DNA of 64,000 bases. Source: Pseudomonadota bacterium. GTDB lineage: Bacteria > Pseudomonadota > Gammaproteobacteria > Burkholderiales > JACQAP01. How positions within the stretch are numbered: position 1 is the stretch's first letter; each line of letters opens with the position of its first letter. A program made the position numbers and the translations under genes. The notes under the pieces were generated by a model. The model made no database searches, was not told the DNA's origin, and saw only the letters and a list, made by a program, of their open reading frames with translations. Below, piece by piece: positions 10,736 through 20,730 of this stretch. The stretch spans positions 443 to 64,442 of the forward strand of contig JBBPIT010000012.1 of NCBI GenBank assembly GCA_038040175.1. Reading direction: 5' to 3'.

Positions 10736-11380
10736 TCACAATTCGGCTCCGGAGAAACGCTGTTCCTTCCAGGGATCGGCATCGTTGTGGTATCCGCGCA
10801 CTTCCCAGAACCCCGGGCGGTCTTCCTGATGGAACTCGATGCCCGTCAGCCACTTCGCGCTCTTCCAGGCGTAGCGCTTCGGCACGACCAGCCGCACCGG
10901 GCCGCCATGATCCGGCGCGAGCGGCTTGCCGAATACGCTATGGGCGAGAATGACGTCCTCGTCGAGCAACGCTTCCAGCGGCAGATTGGTGGTGTATTCG
11001 TCGGCGCTGTGAAGCGTCACGAACCTGGCATTCTCCAGCGGCCGCGTCCGCATGATGACCTCGCGCGCCAGCACGCCCGTCCAGTTCATGTCGAGCTGCG
11101 ACCAGCGCGTGACGCAATGGAAATCGGTGTTCAGTCCGACTTGCGGAAATTCGTTGAACGACTTCCAGTTCAGCTCAAGCCCTGCTTCGACCATGCCGAA
11201 AAGCCTGAGTGTCCAGTTCGAGGGCGAGACTTCGGGCTCCAGTCCGAGGTCGAGAATCGGAAAGTCGTGGACCTGCTTCTGCCCCGGAGGAATGCGCGGG
11301 TTGTCACCGGCCCGGGAAGGTTTGGCGCCGCGCTTCGCCAGCGCGGTCTTGGCTTCGATCATTTTGATCCAGTTCGGCAT
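10736..11380 (-). CDS. Sulfite-oxidase-like molybdopterin oxidoreductase (YuiH-like)
   Basis: IPPGQ, DFHCVTRWS, HGGPVRLVVPKRYAWKSAKWL, GFWEVRGYH. Confidence 0.9.
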   Translation of the reverse strand: MPNWIKMIEAKTALAKRGAKPSRAGDNPRIPPGQKQVHDFPILDLGLEPEVSPSNWTLRLFGMVEAGLELNWKSFNEFPQVGLNTDFHCVTRWSQLDMNWTGVLAREVIMRTRPLENARFVTLHSADEYTTNLPLEALLDEDVILAHSVFGKPLAPDHGGPVRLVVPKRYAWKSAKWLTGIEFHQEDRPGFWEVRGYHNDADPWKEQRFSGAEL

Positions 11381-11399
11381 GTACTCACCTCAAAACCTG

Positions 11400-11576
11400 T
11401 CACCGCAAAGACGCAAAGAACGCAAAGAGAGGCAAGACAATATATGGCAGATCACGATGAATAAAAGGGGCACGATATGTTGCAGGCTACGTGAGCTTTC
11501 CCTCGTATGACTGGCTCTGGATTCTGATTCTCCTGTTTTTACTTTGCGGCCTTTGCGTCTTTGCGTCTTTGCGGTG
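11400..11576. repeat. Gene-less inverted-repeat element (CGCAAAGA-unit arms)
   Basis: Left arm TCACCGCAAAGACGCAAAGAACGCAAAG 11400-11427, inverted arm 11542-11576, ~114-bp AT-rich interior. Confidence 0.9.
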
Positions 11577-11596
11577 GGACTTACGCATTGGTCTTT

Positions 11597-12091
11597 CTAC
11601 ACTGTTTTGACACGGGAACGACGGAAACTATCCCAGATCAGCAGCGCCGCGCCGATGGTGATGCACGAATCGGCCAGGTTGAAAGCCGGCCACGGATCCA
11701 GCAGCCGCGGGCCTCCCGGCCAGCGCAACAGCAGGTAGTCCACCACCGCCCCATAAATGGCGCGGTCGATCAGATTGCCCACCGCCCCGCCGAGCACCAG
11801 CGCCAGCGCAAAGCACAGAAAGCGATCCCGCACATGCTTTTTCATCATGTAGACAATCAGAATCGACGCCGCCAGCGCGATCACCATGAAGAAGTAACGC
11901 TGCCAACCCGATGCCCACGCCAGGAAGCTGAACGCCGCGCCGGGGTTGTAGGTCAGGACCAGACTGAAAACCGGCGGCAACACGTCCACCGCCTGGCCGA
12001 ACGCGATCGTGTGCAGGATGACCTGTTTGGTGATCTGATCAAGTACGACGATCAGCCCACTCAGGCCCAGCCACACCGCGATGCTACGCAT
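11597..12091 (-). CDS. lspA: Lipoprotein signal peptidase II
   Basis: [33 protein letters not shown]; overlaps the ileS stop. Confidence 0.95.
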   Translation of the reverse strand: MRSIAVWLGLSGLIVVLDQITKQVILHTIAFGQAVDVLPPVFSLVLTYNPGAAFSFLAWASGWQRYFFMVIALAASILIVYMMKKHVRDRFLCFALALVLGGAVGNLIDRAIYGAVVDYLLLRWPGGPRLLDPWPAFNLADSCITIGAALLIWDSFRRSRVKTV

Positions 12092-14858
12092 GGACTCGGG
12101 GCTCGCCTGCGCCGAAAAGGTTGGACGTGCAGCGACTGCAGATGTCCGGATGCGCCGGGTCATGTCCCACGTCGGCACGGTAGTGCCAGCAGCGCTCGCA
12201 CTTGCGGTGGGAACTTGGGCGGACGATTACTGATCGTTTAACTTGGGAATCGATCTCGCGAACCGACGCGCTTGAAGTAATAAATACAAACCGCAAATCA
12301 TTGCCAAGAGACTTGAGTGCTTTGAAATACTCTCCTGCCCCTGTCAATTCGACCTCTGCGGCAAGCGAAGAGCCAATTTTCCCCTCAACGCGCGCAATTT
12401 CGATCTGTTTTTGCACTTCAGAACGAGCTGCTCGAATTCTGAGCCACTTGTCCACCAGGTGCATCTCACCCGAACAGTCTGGTAGATTTTTCCACTGCGC
12501 CAAGAAGACGCTTTCAGACTTTGCGCCGGGAATGAACAGCCAAGCTTCCTCTGCCGTGAAGCTAAGAACTGGCGCAATCATCCGTGTCAGTGAGCCCACA
12601 ATGTGCCAGAACGCGTTCTGGGCCGAACGACGCGCCTTCGAGTCGGCTCCCGCCGTGTAGAGTCGGTCCTTGAGAATATCGAGATAAAAGCCTCCCAAAT
12701 CCTCCGAACAAAAGTTCTGGATCTTTTGAGCCACCGTGTGGAATTCATACTTCTCGTAATAATCCCGTGAATCCGCTTCCCACATGGCCGTCATACACAG
12801 CGCATACCTGTCTATTTCCAGCCACTCTGTCACCGGCAGTGCGTTCAACTGTGGGTCAAAATCGGAAACATTGGCAAGCAAGAAGCGCAGCGTATTGCGA
12901 ATGCGGCGGTAACTCTCCACCACGCGCTTGAGGATTTCGTCGGAGATCGATAGCTCGCCGGAGTAATCGGTCGTCGCCACCCACAACCGCAGGATGTCCG
13001 CGCCCAGCGTATCCATCACCTTTTGCGGCGCGATCACGTTGCCGAGCGACTTCGACATCTTGCGGCCCTGGCCGTCCACCGCGAAGCCGTGGGTAAGCAG
13101 GCCCTTGAAGGGGGCGCGGCCGTCGATCGCACAGCCGGTGAGCAGCGAAGCCTGGAACCAGCCCCGGTGCTGGTCGTGGCCTTCGAGATAAAGGTCTGCC
13201 GGCTTGGTCAATTCCGCGCGCCGCTCGAGTACGCCGACGTGGGTAGTGCCGGAATCGAACCAGACATCGAGCGTGTCCGGCACCTTCCGGTAGGTTGCGG
13301 CGTCGCCGCCGAGCAATTCGGCCGGTTCCAGCGAGAACCAGGCTTCGATGCCCTCCTTCTCGACGCGCTGCGCAACTTGCTCCAGCAACTCGCCGGTGCG
13401 CGGATGCAGTTCGCCGGTTTCCTTGTGCACGAAAAACCCCATCGGCGTGCCCCAGTTGCGTTGGCGTGACACGCACCAGTCCGGACGGGTGGCGATCATC
13501 GCCTCGAGCCGCGCCCGGCCCCCGGCCGGATAGAACGCAGTGGCGTCCACCGCGGCCTTGGCGATTTCGCGCAGCGTCCGTTCACTGCCCGCTTCCATGC
13601 CGATGAACCACTGGCGGGTGGCGCGGAAGATAAGCGGTGATTTGTGCCGCCAGCAGTGCGGGTAGCTGTGTTTGACGGATTCGATGCGGATCAGGCGTTG
13701 CTTGTCCTCCAGCGCCTTGATGACGACATCGTTCGCCTTCCGCACCGACAGTCCGCCGACCAGAGGCACCTTGGCAAAGAAGACGCCGTCGTCGTCCACC
13801 GGGTTGTCCACCGGCAGCCCGTACCGCGAGCCGACCACATAGTCGTCGAGGCCGTGCGCAGGCGCGGTGTGCACCAGTCCGGTACCGGCATCCAGCGTCA
13901 CGTGCTCGCCGAGCACCACCGGAACCTGCCTCTCGTAGAACGGGTGCTGGAGCAGCACGCCTTCGATGTCCGCACCCTTGAACTCGGCGACGATCTGGCG
14001 ATCGTCTATCCGGTAGGCATCCATGCACTTGTCTGCGAGTTCCTTGGCAAGGATGAATATCCCTGCAGCGAAACGAACCAGCACGTATTCGAACTCGGGA
14101 TGAACGGCTACTGCCTGATTGGCCGGCAGCGTCCACGGCGTGGTGGTCCAGATCACGGCAAACACCGGCTCGTAGATATGCGAGAAGCGTAACGCCCGGG
14201 CCAGCGCCTTGTTGTCCGCGACCTTGAACGCCACGTCGATCGCCGGGGAGGTGCGGTCCTCGTACTCCACCTCGGCCTCCGCCAGCGCGGAGCGGCAGTC
14301 CATGCACCAGTGCACCGGCTTTGCGCCCTGGTATAAGAAGCCGCGTTCGCGGATGCGGCCGAGCGCACGGATGATGTCCGCTTCGGTTTTGAAATCCATC
14401 GTGCGGTATGGGTTCTGCCAGTCGCCGAGCACGCCGAGACGGATGAACCCCGCCTTCTGGCGCTCGATCTGCTCGGCCGCATACTCGCGGCAAAGCTTGC
14501 GGAACTGCGCGGCCGGGATGTTCTTGCCGTGCACCTTTTCGACCTGGTGCTCGATCGGCAGGCCGTGGCAGTCCCAGCCGGGAACGTAGGGCGCATCGAA
14601 ACCGGCAAGCGTTTTCGATTTCACCACGATGTCCTTGAGAATCTTGTTCACCGCATGGCCGATGTGTATATCGCCGTTGGCGTACGGCGGGCCGTCGTGA
14701 AGAATGAATTTCGGCCGCCCCCTGGCGGCCTCGCGGATGCGCTGGTAAAGCCTGGCCTCCTGCCATTGCTTCACCCAGCCGGGTTCGCGCCTGGCCAGAT
14801 CACCGCGCATCGGGAATGCCGTATCGGGAAGATTCAGTGTGTGCTTGTAATCAGCCAT
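12084..14858 (-). CDS. ileS: Isoleucine-tRNA ligase
   Basis: [21 protein letters not shown]-terminal CERCWH..CSRC zinc site. Confidence 0.98.
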   Translation of the reverse strand: MADYKHTLNLPDTAFPMRGDLARREPGWVKQWQEARLYQRIREAARGRPKFILHDGPPYANGDIHIGHAVNKILKDIVVKSKTLAGFDAPYVPGWDCHGLPIEHQVEKVHGKNIPAAQFRKLCREYAAEQIERQKAGFIRLGVLGDWQNPYRTMDFKTEADIIRALGRIRERGFLYQGAKPVHWCMDCRSALAEAEVEYEDRTSPAIDVAFKVADNKALARALRFSHIYEPVFAVIWTTTPWTLPANQAVAVHPEFEYVLVRFAAGIFILAKELADKCMDAYRIDDRQIVAEFKGADIEGVLLQHPFYERQVPVVLGEHVTLDAGTGLVHTAPAHGLDDYVVGSRYGLPVDNPVDDDGVFFAKVPLVGGLSVRKANDVVIKALEDKQRLIRIESVKHSYPHCWRHKSPLIFRATRQWFIGMEAGSERTLREIAKAAVDATAFYPAGGRARLEAMIATRPDWCVSRQRNWGTPMGFFVHKETGELHPRTGELLEQVAQRVEKEGIEAWFSLEPAELLGGDAATYRKVPDTLDVWFDSGTTHVGVLERRAELTKPADLYLEGHDQHRGWFQASLLTGCAIDGRAPFKGLLTHGFAVDGQGRKMSKSLGNVIAPQKVMDTLGADILRLWVATTDYSGELSISDEILKRVVESYRRIRNTLRFLLANVSDFDPQLNALPVTEWLEIDRYALCMTAMWEADSRDYYEKYEFHTVAQKIQNFCSEDLGGFYLDILKDRLYTAGADSKARRSAQNAFWHIVGSLTRMIAPVLSFTAEEAWLFIPGAKSESVFLAQWKNLPDCSGEMHLVDKWLRIRAARSEVQKQIEIARVEGKIGSSLAAEVELTGAGEYFKALKSLGNDLRFVFITSSASVREIDSQVKRSVIVRPSSHRKCERCWHYRADVGHDPAHPDICSRCTSNLFGAGEPRVHA

Positions 14859-14870
14859 TCGAAATAACTT

Positions 14871-15343
14871 TCACCGCAAAGACGCAAAGAGCGCAAAGAA
14901 AGAATGACTAGAGTTGGTTGACAATTCTCTTAATCCCGGATCGCATCAACAGTACGTTGAAATTGAGTATCAGTGCCATTTTGAGTCCCGTCATTTTCAG
15001 ATAGGTCAAGACTTGGGCCGTATGTATGGGCTGTACCTTGTCTATCGATTTCAGTTCGAGGAGGAGCTTTCCCTCTACCAGCAAATCGATTCGATAACCC
15101 TCATCGAGAGTGAGTCCCTTGTAGCGTATGGGGACCGGTACCTGGTTCTCAACATCAAACCCACGCTGACGCAGCTCCCACGACAGACACCTCTCGTATG
15201 CCGACTCCAGCAATCCCGGGCCAAGGTTGCGATGCACCTCGATCGCTGCCCCTATTGTTTCGCTGCTCAAGCGATTGAGTTCATCTACATCGTTCTTGGT
15301 CGAAATCATGTACTTCTTTGCGCTCTTTGCGTCTTTGCGGTGA
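14871..15343. mobile_element. Candidate GxxExxY element: gene bracketed by perfect 30-bp inverted repeats
   Basis: TCACCGCAAAGACGCAAAGAGCGCAAAGAA at 14871-14900 and its exact reverse complement at 15314-15343; mobility is inferred. Confidence 0.6.
14908..15309 (-). CDS. GxxExxY protein (PD-(D/E)xK nuclease-like fold)
   Basis: AIEVHRNLGPGLLESAYERCL, YRIDLLVEGKLLLELKS, AQVLTYLK, ILNFN; lower GC than neighbours. Confidence 0.95.
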   Translation of the reverse strand: MISTKNDVDELNRLSSETIGAAIEVHRNLGPGLLESAYERCLSWELRQRGFDVENQVPVPIRYKGLTLDEGYRIDLLVEGKLLLELKSIDKVQPIHTAQVLTYLKMTGLKMALILNFNVLLMRSGIKRIVNQL

Positions 15344-16259
15344 GAAAGTAGTCCCGCGCAGCGGCAGCATCGCGACGCATCTGAGCGACCAGCGAATCCA
15401 GATCGGTGAACTTCTGCTCTTCCCTCAGCTTCTCGAGGAAGTGCACCGTGATGCGCTTGCCGTAAATGCGTTCGTCGAAGTCGAACAAATGCACTTCCAG
15501 CGTTGGCCGGCCGCCTTCCTTGACGGTCGGCCGCACGCCCAGGCTGGCGACACCGGGATGCGGCGCCGGGCCCAGGCCCTCAACTTCGACGACAAAAATT
15601 CCGGACAGCGGCGCCTTGAGCCGTTTCAACTGCACGTTCGCGGTCGGGTAGCCGATCTTCGCCCCGAGTTTGTCCCCGTCCACTACTTTTCCGGAAATCG
15701 CATAACGCCTGCCGAGCAGGCGCTGGGCGCCGTCCAGGTCGCCCTTTTCCAGGCAGGCTCGGATCGCGGTGCTGGAAACCCGCGCACCTTCCACCACCAC
15801 ACTGGCCATCGCCTCGACATCGAATCCCGCTTGCGGCGCCATCGACTTCAGATGGGCCAGGTCGCCGGCGCGCCGCGCGCCGAATCGGAAATCGTCGCCG
15901 ACCAGGAGCCATTTCACCGCCAGCCCATCGCGAAGAACATGCGTAACGAAGTCGTCGGCCGTCAACTGCGCGAACGCGTAGCCGAAGCGGCACACGTATA
16001 CGCGCGCCACTCCACATTGACGCAACAGTTCGAGTTTCTCGCGCAGCGAGGTCAGGCGTGCCGGTGCCTGGTCCGGGGCAAAAAATTCCTGCGGCTGCGG
16101 CTCGAAGGTCATCACGGCCGCCGGCAGGCCGCGCGACCGCGCCGCCTCGGAGAGCCGCGCGATCATGGCGCGATGCCCGAGATGGACGCCGTCGAAATTG
16201 CCGATGGTGAGCGCGATGGGCGTGTCCGCCCGCGCCGGGATACCCCGAAAGACCCGCAT
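15306..16259 (-). CDS. ribF: Bifunctional riboflavin kinase/FAD synthetase
   Basis: TIGNFDGVHLGH, GDDFRFG, VSSTAIR, GYPTAN, LEVHLFDF. Confidence 0.97.
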   Translation of the reverse strand: MRVFRGIPARADTPIALTIGNFDGVHLGHRAMIARLSEAARSRGLPAAVMTFEPQPQEFFAPDQAPARLTSLREKLELLRQCGVARVYVCRFGYAFAQLTADDFVTHVLRDGLAVKWLLVGDDFRFGARRAGDLAHLKSMAPQAGFDVEAMASVVVEGARVSSTAIRACLEKGDLDGAQRLLGRRYAISGKVVDGDKLGAKIGYPTANVQLKRLKAPLSGIFVVEVEGLGPAPHPGVASLGVRPTVKEGGRPTLEVHLFDFDERIYGKRITVHFLEKLREEQKFTDLDSLVAQMRRDAAAARDYFLTAKTQRAQRST

Positions 16260-16342
16260 ACCCGATCAGTCAAAAGCCTGAATTTTAGCGGCTTTTTCGA
16301 TCCGGGCGCGTGGCTTTCTTGGCGCTTGAAGGTGCTACGGCT

Positions 16343-16735
16343 TCAAGTGGTGAAGGACAGATGCTGGGCCAGAGCCCAGTCGGCGATGGCAGCGGTCAGC
16401 ACTTCCGAATCGCCGATCGCCTGGGTAACGTCGATCGTGACGCCGGGGTGCCTGCGGCGGATATCGTCCAGGAGGCGCGGCAGATCCTCCTTGAGATGGC
16501 CGCCCTGCGCCAGGAACAGCGGCACCAGAGTGATGCGTGTGATGCCGTCGGCCGCCATGCCCGCCACCGCATCGGCAAGCGCCGGCTGCATCAGTTCCAG
16601 GAAAGCCAGCTGCACCGGCAGGCCCGGGCGAGCGGCACGCAGCCGCGCGGCGATCCGGCGGAACGGCGCCGCCCACTCGGGATCGCGGGCGCCGTGCGCG
16701 AACAGAATGATTGCGGAATGCGGGGCGGTGTTCAC
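16343..16735 (-). CDS. Sirohydrochlorin chelatase CbiX/SirB, short form
   Basis: ILFAHGARDP, AFLELMQP, PLFLAQGGHLKEDLP. Confidence 0.9.
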   Translation of the reverse strand: MNTAPHSAIILFAHGARDPEWAAPFRRIAARLRAARPGLPVQLAFLELMQPALADAVAGMAADGITRITLVPLFLAQGGHLKEDLPRLLDDIRRRHPGVTIDVTQAIGDSEVLTAAIADWALAQHLSFTT

Positions 16736-16884
16736 AGTGATGATCGCAAGGTTGAATGTGGTGAGTGTAATTTAAGAAACCAATTCTAATCTTCCAATTT
16801 TTCTTCAATATGCCGCGGCACCTGCGCCGGACAAATGAAAACGCCGGCATCAAGCCGGCGTCCCTGTACGCAATGAACTGCTGT

Positions 16885-17673
16885 TCAGCGCGGTAATGCC
16901 CGCCTTTGCGGCAGTTCATCAGCCGTCCCGTCTTCCAGCAACGCCGCCGCGATCAGAGCGTGCGCCCGCTCCCGATAGACCTCGCCGAAGAACAGCAGCG
17001 CCGGGCCGTGAATCTGCAGGTCGGCGCTTTCCCTCAGGCCGCGCAACGTGGTGCCGATCTGGCGCGCATCGGGAAGCGAGGCATTCTCGACAATCATGAC
17101 CGGGGTCGCGGGGGACATGCCCTGTCCTTCCAGCACCCGCGCGATTTCCGCCGCTTCGCCGGCCGCCATGTAAAGCACCGCGGTATCCGCGCTTGCCACG
17201 CTGGGTGCCCAGTCGCTTGTGTCCTCGCCCTCGCCGACGCGCGGCGTGGCGAAAGTCACGCTGCGGCTCACGCCCCGCCGCGTCAGCGAAACGCCGATTT
17301 CCGCGCTGGCGGCCAGCGCCGAAGTCACGCCAGGGACCACTTCGCAAGGTACGCCCGCGGCCACCAGCGCCTCGATTTCTTCCTGCGCGCGTCCGAACAG
17401 CATCGGATCGCCGCCCTTGAGCCGGACTACGACCACGTACTTCGCCGCAGCCTCGACCAGGTTGCGGTTGATGAAGCGCTGGTCGGTGGAGATGCGGCTG
17501 CAGCGCTTGCCCACCGCGACCAGTTTGGCTTGTGGGGCGAGTGCCAGCGAATCCGGATGTACCAGCGCATCGTAAAACACGATGTCGGCGCGTTTGAGGA
17601 TTTCCGCGCCGCGCAGCGTGATCAGATCCGCGGCTCCCGGCCCTGCACCAATCAAATAAACCTTGCCCATCAT
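16885..17673 (-). CDS. cobA: Uroporphyrinogen-III C-methyltransferase
   Basis: GKVYLIGAGPGAADLITLRG, RLKGGDPMLFGR, VPGVTSA. Confidence 0.95.
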   Translation of the reverse strand: MMGKVYLIGAGPGAADLITLRGAEILKRADIVFYDALVHPDSLALAPQAKLVAVGKRCSRISTDQRFINRNLVEAAAKYVVVVRLKGGDPMLFGRAQEEIEALVAAGVPCEVVPGVTSALAASAEIGVSLTRRGVSRSVTFATPRVGEGEDTSDWAPSVASADTAVLYMAAGEAAEIARVLEGQGMSPATPVMIVENASLPDARQIGTTLRGLRESADLQIHGPALLFFGEVYRERAHALIAAALLEDGTADELPQRRALPR

Positions 17674-17706
17674 GCGAACTCCAGTACCGCGCGTTTGTCC
17701 TTGACC

Positions 17707-17739
17707 TTTGATGCACGCTTCAGTGACAACGTAGGCCAT
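17707..17739 (-). pseudogene. First 11 codons of an FdxA-type 7Fe ferredoxin, in frame with cobA
   Basis: MAYVVTEACIK matches the FdxA N-terminus (M-x-YVVTE-x-CIKCK); the rest is absent. Confidence 0.6.
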
Positions 17740-17771
17740 TTCTATTCCGTTTTCCCGATCAATTGCGGCCG

Positions 17772-19043
17772 TCACCCGATGAGGCCGGCGGCCACGGTGT
17801 TGTTGGTCGCCTCGTCGATGACGATGAAACTGCCCGCCGTACGGTTGCTGCGGTAGGGTTCGAACGCGAGCGGCTGCGCGGTCTTGATGGACACGCGCCC
17901 AATGTCGTTGAGCGCAAGCGTATCGGCCGGCTCCTGCGCCAGCGAGTCGACATTGACGCGGTAGCGGAGCGCGTTGATCAGAGCCTTCACCGTGCGCGTG
18001 CCGTGCTTGATCACGTAACGGCGGCTGCGGTTAAACGGCTCCTCGGCCAGCCAGCACAGCGTGGCCTCCAGTTCGCGGGATACGGCGGACTCGGCGCCGG
18101 CAGCCACCAGCACGTCGCCGCGCGAGATGTCGAGCTGATCCTCGAGCGCGATGGTCACCGACTGCGGCGCGTGCGCCTCACTCAGCGGCCCGTCGAAGGT
18201 GCGGATCTCGCGGACCCGCGAGCGTTGCCCCGACGGCAGCACGGTCACCGCATCGCCGGCGCCGATGCTGCCGGACTCGATGCGCCCGGCGTAACCGCGC
18301 GCATCCGCCACACCGCTGTCTCCAGGCCTTGCCACAAGCTGCACGGGAAAGTAGAACCTTCCGTGCGATGCGGATCGCGCAACCTCGGCAGTCTCGAGGA
18401 TTTCCAACAGCGTCGGTCCGCGATACCAGGACAGGTTCTCGCCGCGCTCGACCACCATATCGCCGCGCAATGCAGAGATCGGCAGGAAATCGATGCGATG
18501 AAAGTCCAGATCGCGGGCAAATGATTCGAACGCCTGACGGATGCCGCTGAACGCTTCTTCGGAGTATTCGACCAGGTCCATCTTGTTGACCGCCAGCACC
18601 AGGTGCGGAATGCGCAGCAGGCTGGCGATATAGGCGTGCCTGCGCGACTGGGTAAGGAGTCCCTTGCGCGCATCCACCAGAACGATCGCCAGATCGGCGG
18701 TAGATGCGCCGGTCACCATGTTGCGCGTGTACTGTTCGTGGCCGGGCGTGTCGGCGATGATGAACTTGCGCGAGGGCGTGGCGAAGTAGCGGTAGGCCAC
18801 GTCGATGGTGATGCCCTGCTCGCGTTCGGCCAGCAGGCCGTCGGTCAGCAGGGACAGATCGATGCCCTCCTGCCCGCGGCGGCGCGTGGACGTCTCGATC
18901 GAAGAAAGCTGATCCTCGAAAATCGCCTTGGTATCGAACAGCAGGCGGCCGATCAGCGTGCTCTTGCCGTCATCCACGCTGCCCGCGCTGGTGAAGCGCA
19001 GCATGCCGGTATCGATCGGTTGAAGGTTTTCGATTGCAGACAT
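17772..19043 (-). CDS. cysN: Sulfate adenylyltransferase subunit 1
   Basis: GSVDDGKSTLIGRLL, EREQGITIDVAYRYF, DTPGHEQY, NKMD. Confidence 0.95.
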   Translation of the reverse strand: MSAIENLQPIDTGMLRFTSAGSVDDGKSTLIGRLLFDTKAIFEDQLSSIETSTRRRGQEGIDLSLLTDGLLAEREQGITIDVAYRYFATPSRKFIIADTPGHEQYTRNMVTGASTADLAIVLVDARKGLLTQSRRHAYIASLLRIPHLVLAVNKMDLVEYSEEAFSGIRQAFESFARDLDFHRIDFLPISALRGDMVVERGENLSWYRGPTLLEILETAEVARSASHGRFYFPVQLVARPGDSGVADARGYAGRIESGSIGAGDAVTVLPSGQRSRVREIRTFDGPLSEAHAPQSVTIALEDQLDISRGDVLVAAGAESAVSRELEATLCWLAEEPFNRSRRYVIKHGTRTVKALINALRYRVNVDSLAQEPADTLALNDIGRVSIKTAQPLAFEPYRSNRTAGSFIVIDEATNNTVAAGLIG

Positions 19044-19051
19044 GACGGTTC

Positions 19052-19981
19052 CTAGAAATAGCCTTCCTTCTTGCGCAATTCCATCGACGCTTCCGAGGTC
19101 TGGTCGTCCATTCGCGTTGCGCCGCGTTCGGTGATCCGGGTGATCGCCGTCTCGGCGATGATGTCTTCGGCGTTTGCGGCGGTGGACTCGACCGGGCAGG
19201 TGCAGGTCATGTCGCCGACGGTGCGGAAACGCACCGAAAGCGTTTCCACCGCCTCGCCGGATTTGGGTTGCACCAGTTCGGACAACGGCAACAGGCCGCC
19301 GGGTTTGCGGATTACTTCGCGCCGGTGAGCGTAGTAGATCGACGGCACGGCAAGCTTTTCGCGCTTGATGTATTGCCACACGTCCAGTTCGGTCCAGTTG
19401 CTGATCGGGAACACGCGGATGTTCTCGCCCGGGTGAACGCGGGTGTTGAACAGGCTCCACAGTTCCGGCCGCTGATTCTTCGGGTCCCACTGACCGAATT
19501 CATCGCGGAACGAAAAGATGCGCTCTTTCGCGCGCGCCTTCTCCTCGTCGCGGCGCGCTCCGCCGATGCAGGCATCGAAACCGTGCGCGGCAATGGTGTC
19601 GAGCAACGTCACCGACTGATGCTTGTTGCGGCTCTCGTCTTCGGAGCGCAGCCGCACCCTGCCCTTGCGCATGGAATCCTCGACGTGGCCGACGACCAGC
19701 CTCTCGCCCAGTTCCGCTGCGCGCGCATCGCGGAAGGCGATCACCTCGGCGAAGTTGTGCCCGGTATCGATGTGCAGCAACGGAAACGGGAACTTTCCGG
19801 GACGGAACGCCTTTTCCGCCAGCCGCAGCAGGCAGATCGAATCCTTGCCGCCGGAAAACAGCAATGCCGGGTTGCGACACTCGGCCGCCACCTCGCGCAG
19901 GATGTGGATGGCCTCGGATTCCAGCCAGTCCAGATGGTCGATGCGCGACGACGATTCTATTCTTTCCAGCACGGCACTCAC
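19052..19981 (-). CDS. cysD: Sulfate adenylyltransferase subunit 2
   Basis: LESEAIHILRE, FSGGKDS, GGARRDEEKARAKER, MELRKKEGYF; GTG start overlaps the cysH stop. Confidence 0.95.
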   Translation of the reverse strand: MSAVLERIESSSRIDHLDWLESEAIHILREVAAECRNPALLFSGGKDSICLLRLAEKAFRPGKFPFPLLHIDTGHNFAEVIAFRDARAAELGERLVVGHVEDSMRKGRVRLRSEDESRNKHQSVTLLDTIAAHGFDACIGGARRDEEKARAKERIFSFRDEFGQWDPKNQRPELWSLFNTRVHPGENIRVFPISNWTELDVWQYIKREKLAVPSIYYAHRREVIRKPGGLLPLSELVQPKSGEAVETLSVRFRTVGDMTCTCPVESTAANAEDIIAETAITRITERGATRMDDQTSEASMELRKKEGYF

Positions 19982-20715
19982 GATGTCTTTCCTTCGCTCG
20001 GTTTGACCAGGGGCGAAACGTGCAGCCCACACTCTTTCGCGTCCGACCTTTCCCACCACCAGCGTCCGGCGCGGATGTCCTCGCCGGGCCGGATCGCGCG
20101 CGTGCAGGGCTCGCAGCCGATCGAGGGGTAGCCGCGATCATGCAGCGCGTTGTACGGCACACCGCGGTCCCTGATGCAGGCCCAGACCTCGGCCTCGCTC
20201 CAGTCGGCAAGCGGATTGAACTTCGGGATGCCGTGCACCGCATCGTGCTCGCGCAGCGGCAGGTCGGTCCTGGTTACGGACTGCGCACGGCGCAGTCCCG
20301 TGATCCAGGCGTCCCTGCCCGCCAGCGCCCGCGCCAGCGGCTCAACTTTACGGATATGGCAGCAACGCTTGCGCAGATCGACGCTCTCGTAAAATGCGTT
20401 CAAGCCGTGTTCCTTCACGTAACGTGCCACCGCATCGGGGTCCGGCCGGAATGCTTCGATCTCATGGCCGTAGTGGCTGCGCACGCGTTCGATCAGATCC
20501 AGCGTTTCGCGATGCAGGCGACCGGTTTCAAGGGTGAAGATCGCGATCGGCAGACCGGCACTCAGGATCGCATCGGTCACGACCATGTCTTCCGCGCCCA
20601 GGCTGCTGGCAAAAGCGGCATGGGGAAATTCGTCGACGATGGCCTCGAGCCGCGCGGTCAGAGTCTCGTACGGGTAGACGGCAGCCGCTGCGATGGCGGG
20701 AGATGGTGCGTTCAT
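19978..20715 (-). CDS. cysH: APS/PAPS reductase (Fe-S type)
   Basis: CCHIRKVEPL, WITGLRR, GYPSIGCEPCTR, ECGLH. Confidence 0.95.
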   Translation of the reverse strand: MNAPSPAIAAAAVYPYETLTARLEAIVDEFPHAAFASSLGAEDMVVTDAILSAGLPIAIFTLETGRLHRETLDLIERVRSHYGHEIEAFRPDPDAVARYVKEHGLNAFYESVDLRKRCCHIRKVEPLARALAGRDAWITGLRRAQSVTRTDLPLREHDAVHGIPKFNPLADWSEAEVWACIRDRGVPYNALHDRGYPSIGCEPCTRAIRPGEDIRAGRWWWERSDAKECGLHVSPLVKPSEGKTS

Positions 20716-20730
20716 GTCCGCGGTCTTTTT

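Noticed and set aside
16760-16810. AT-rich stretch upstream of cbiX as an Irr/Fur box
   Set aside because: Half-site spacing does not match the palindrome at 2010-2030
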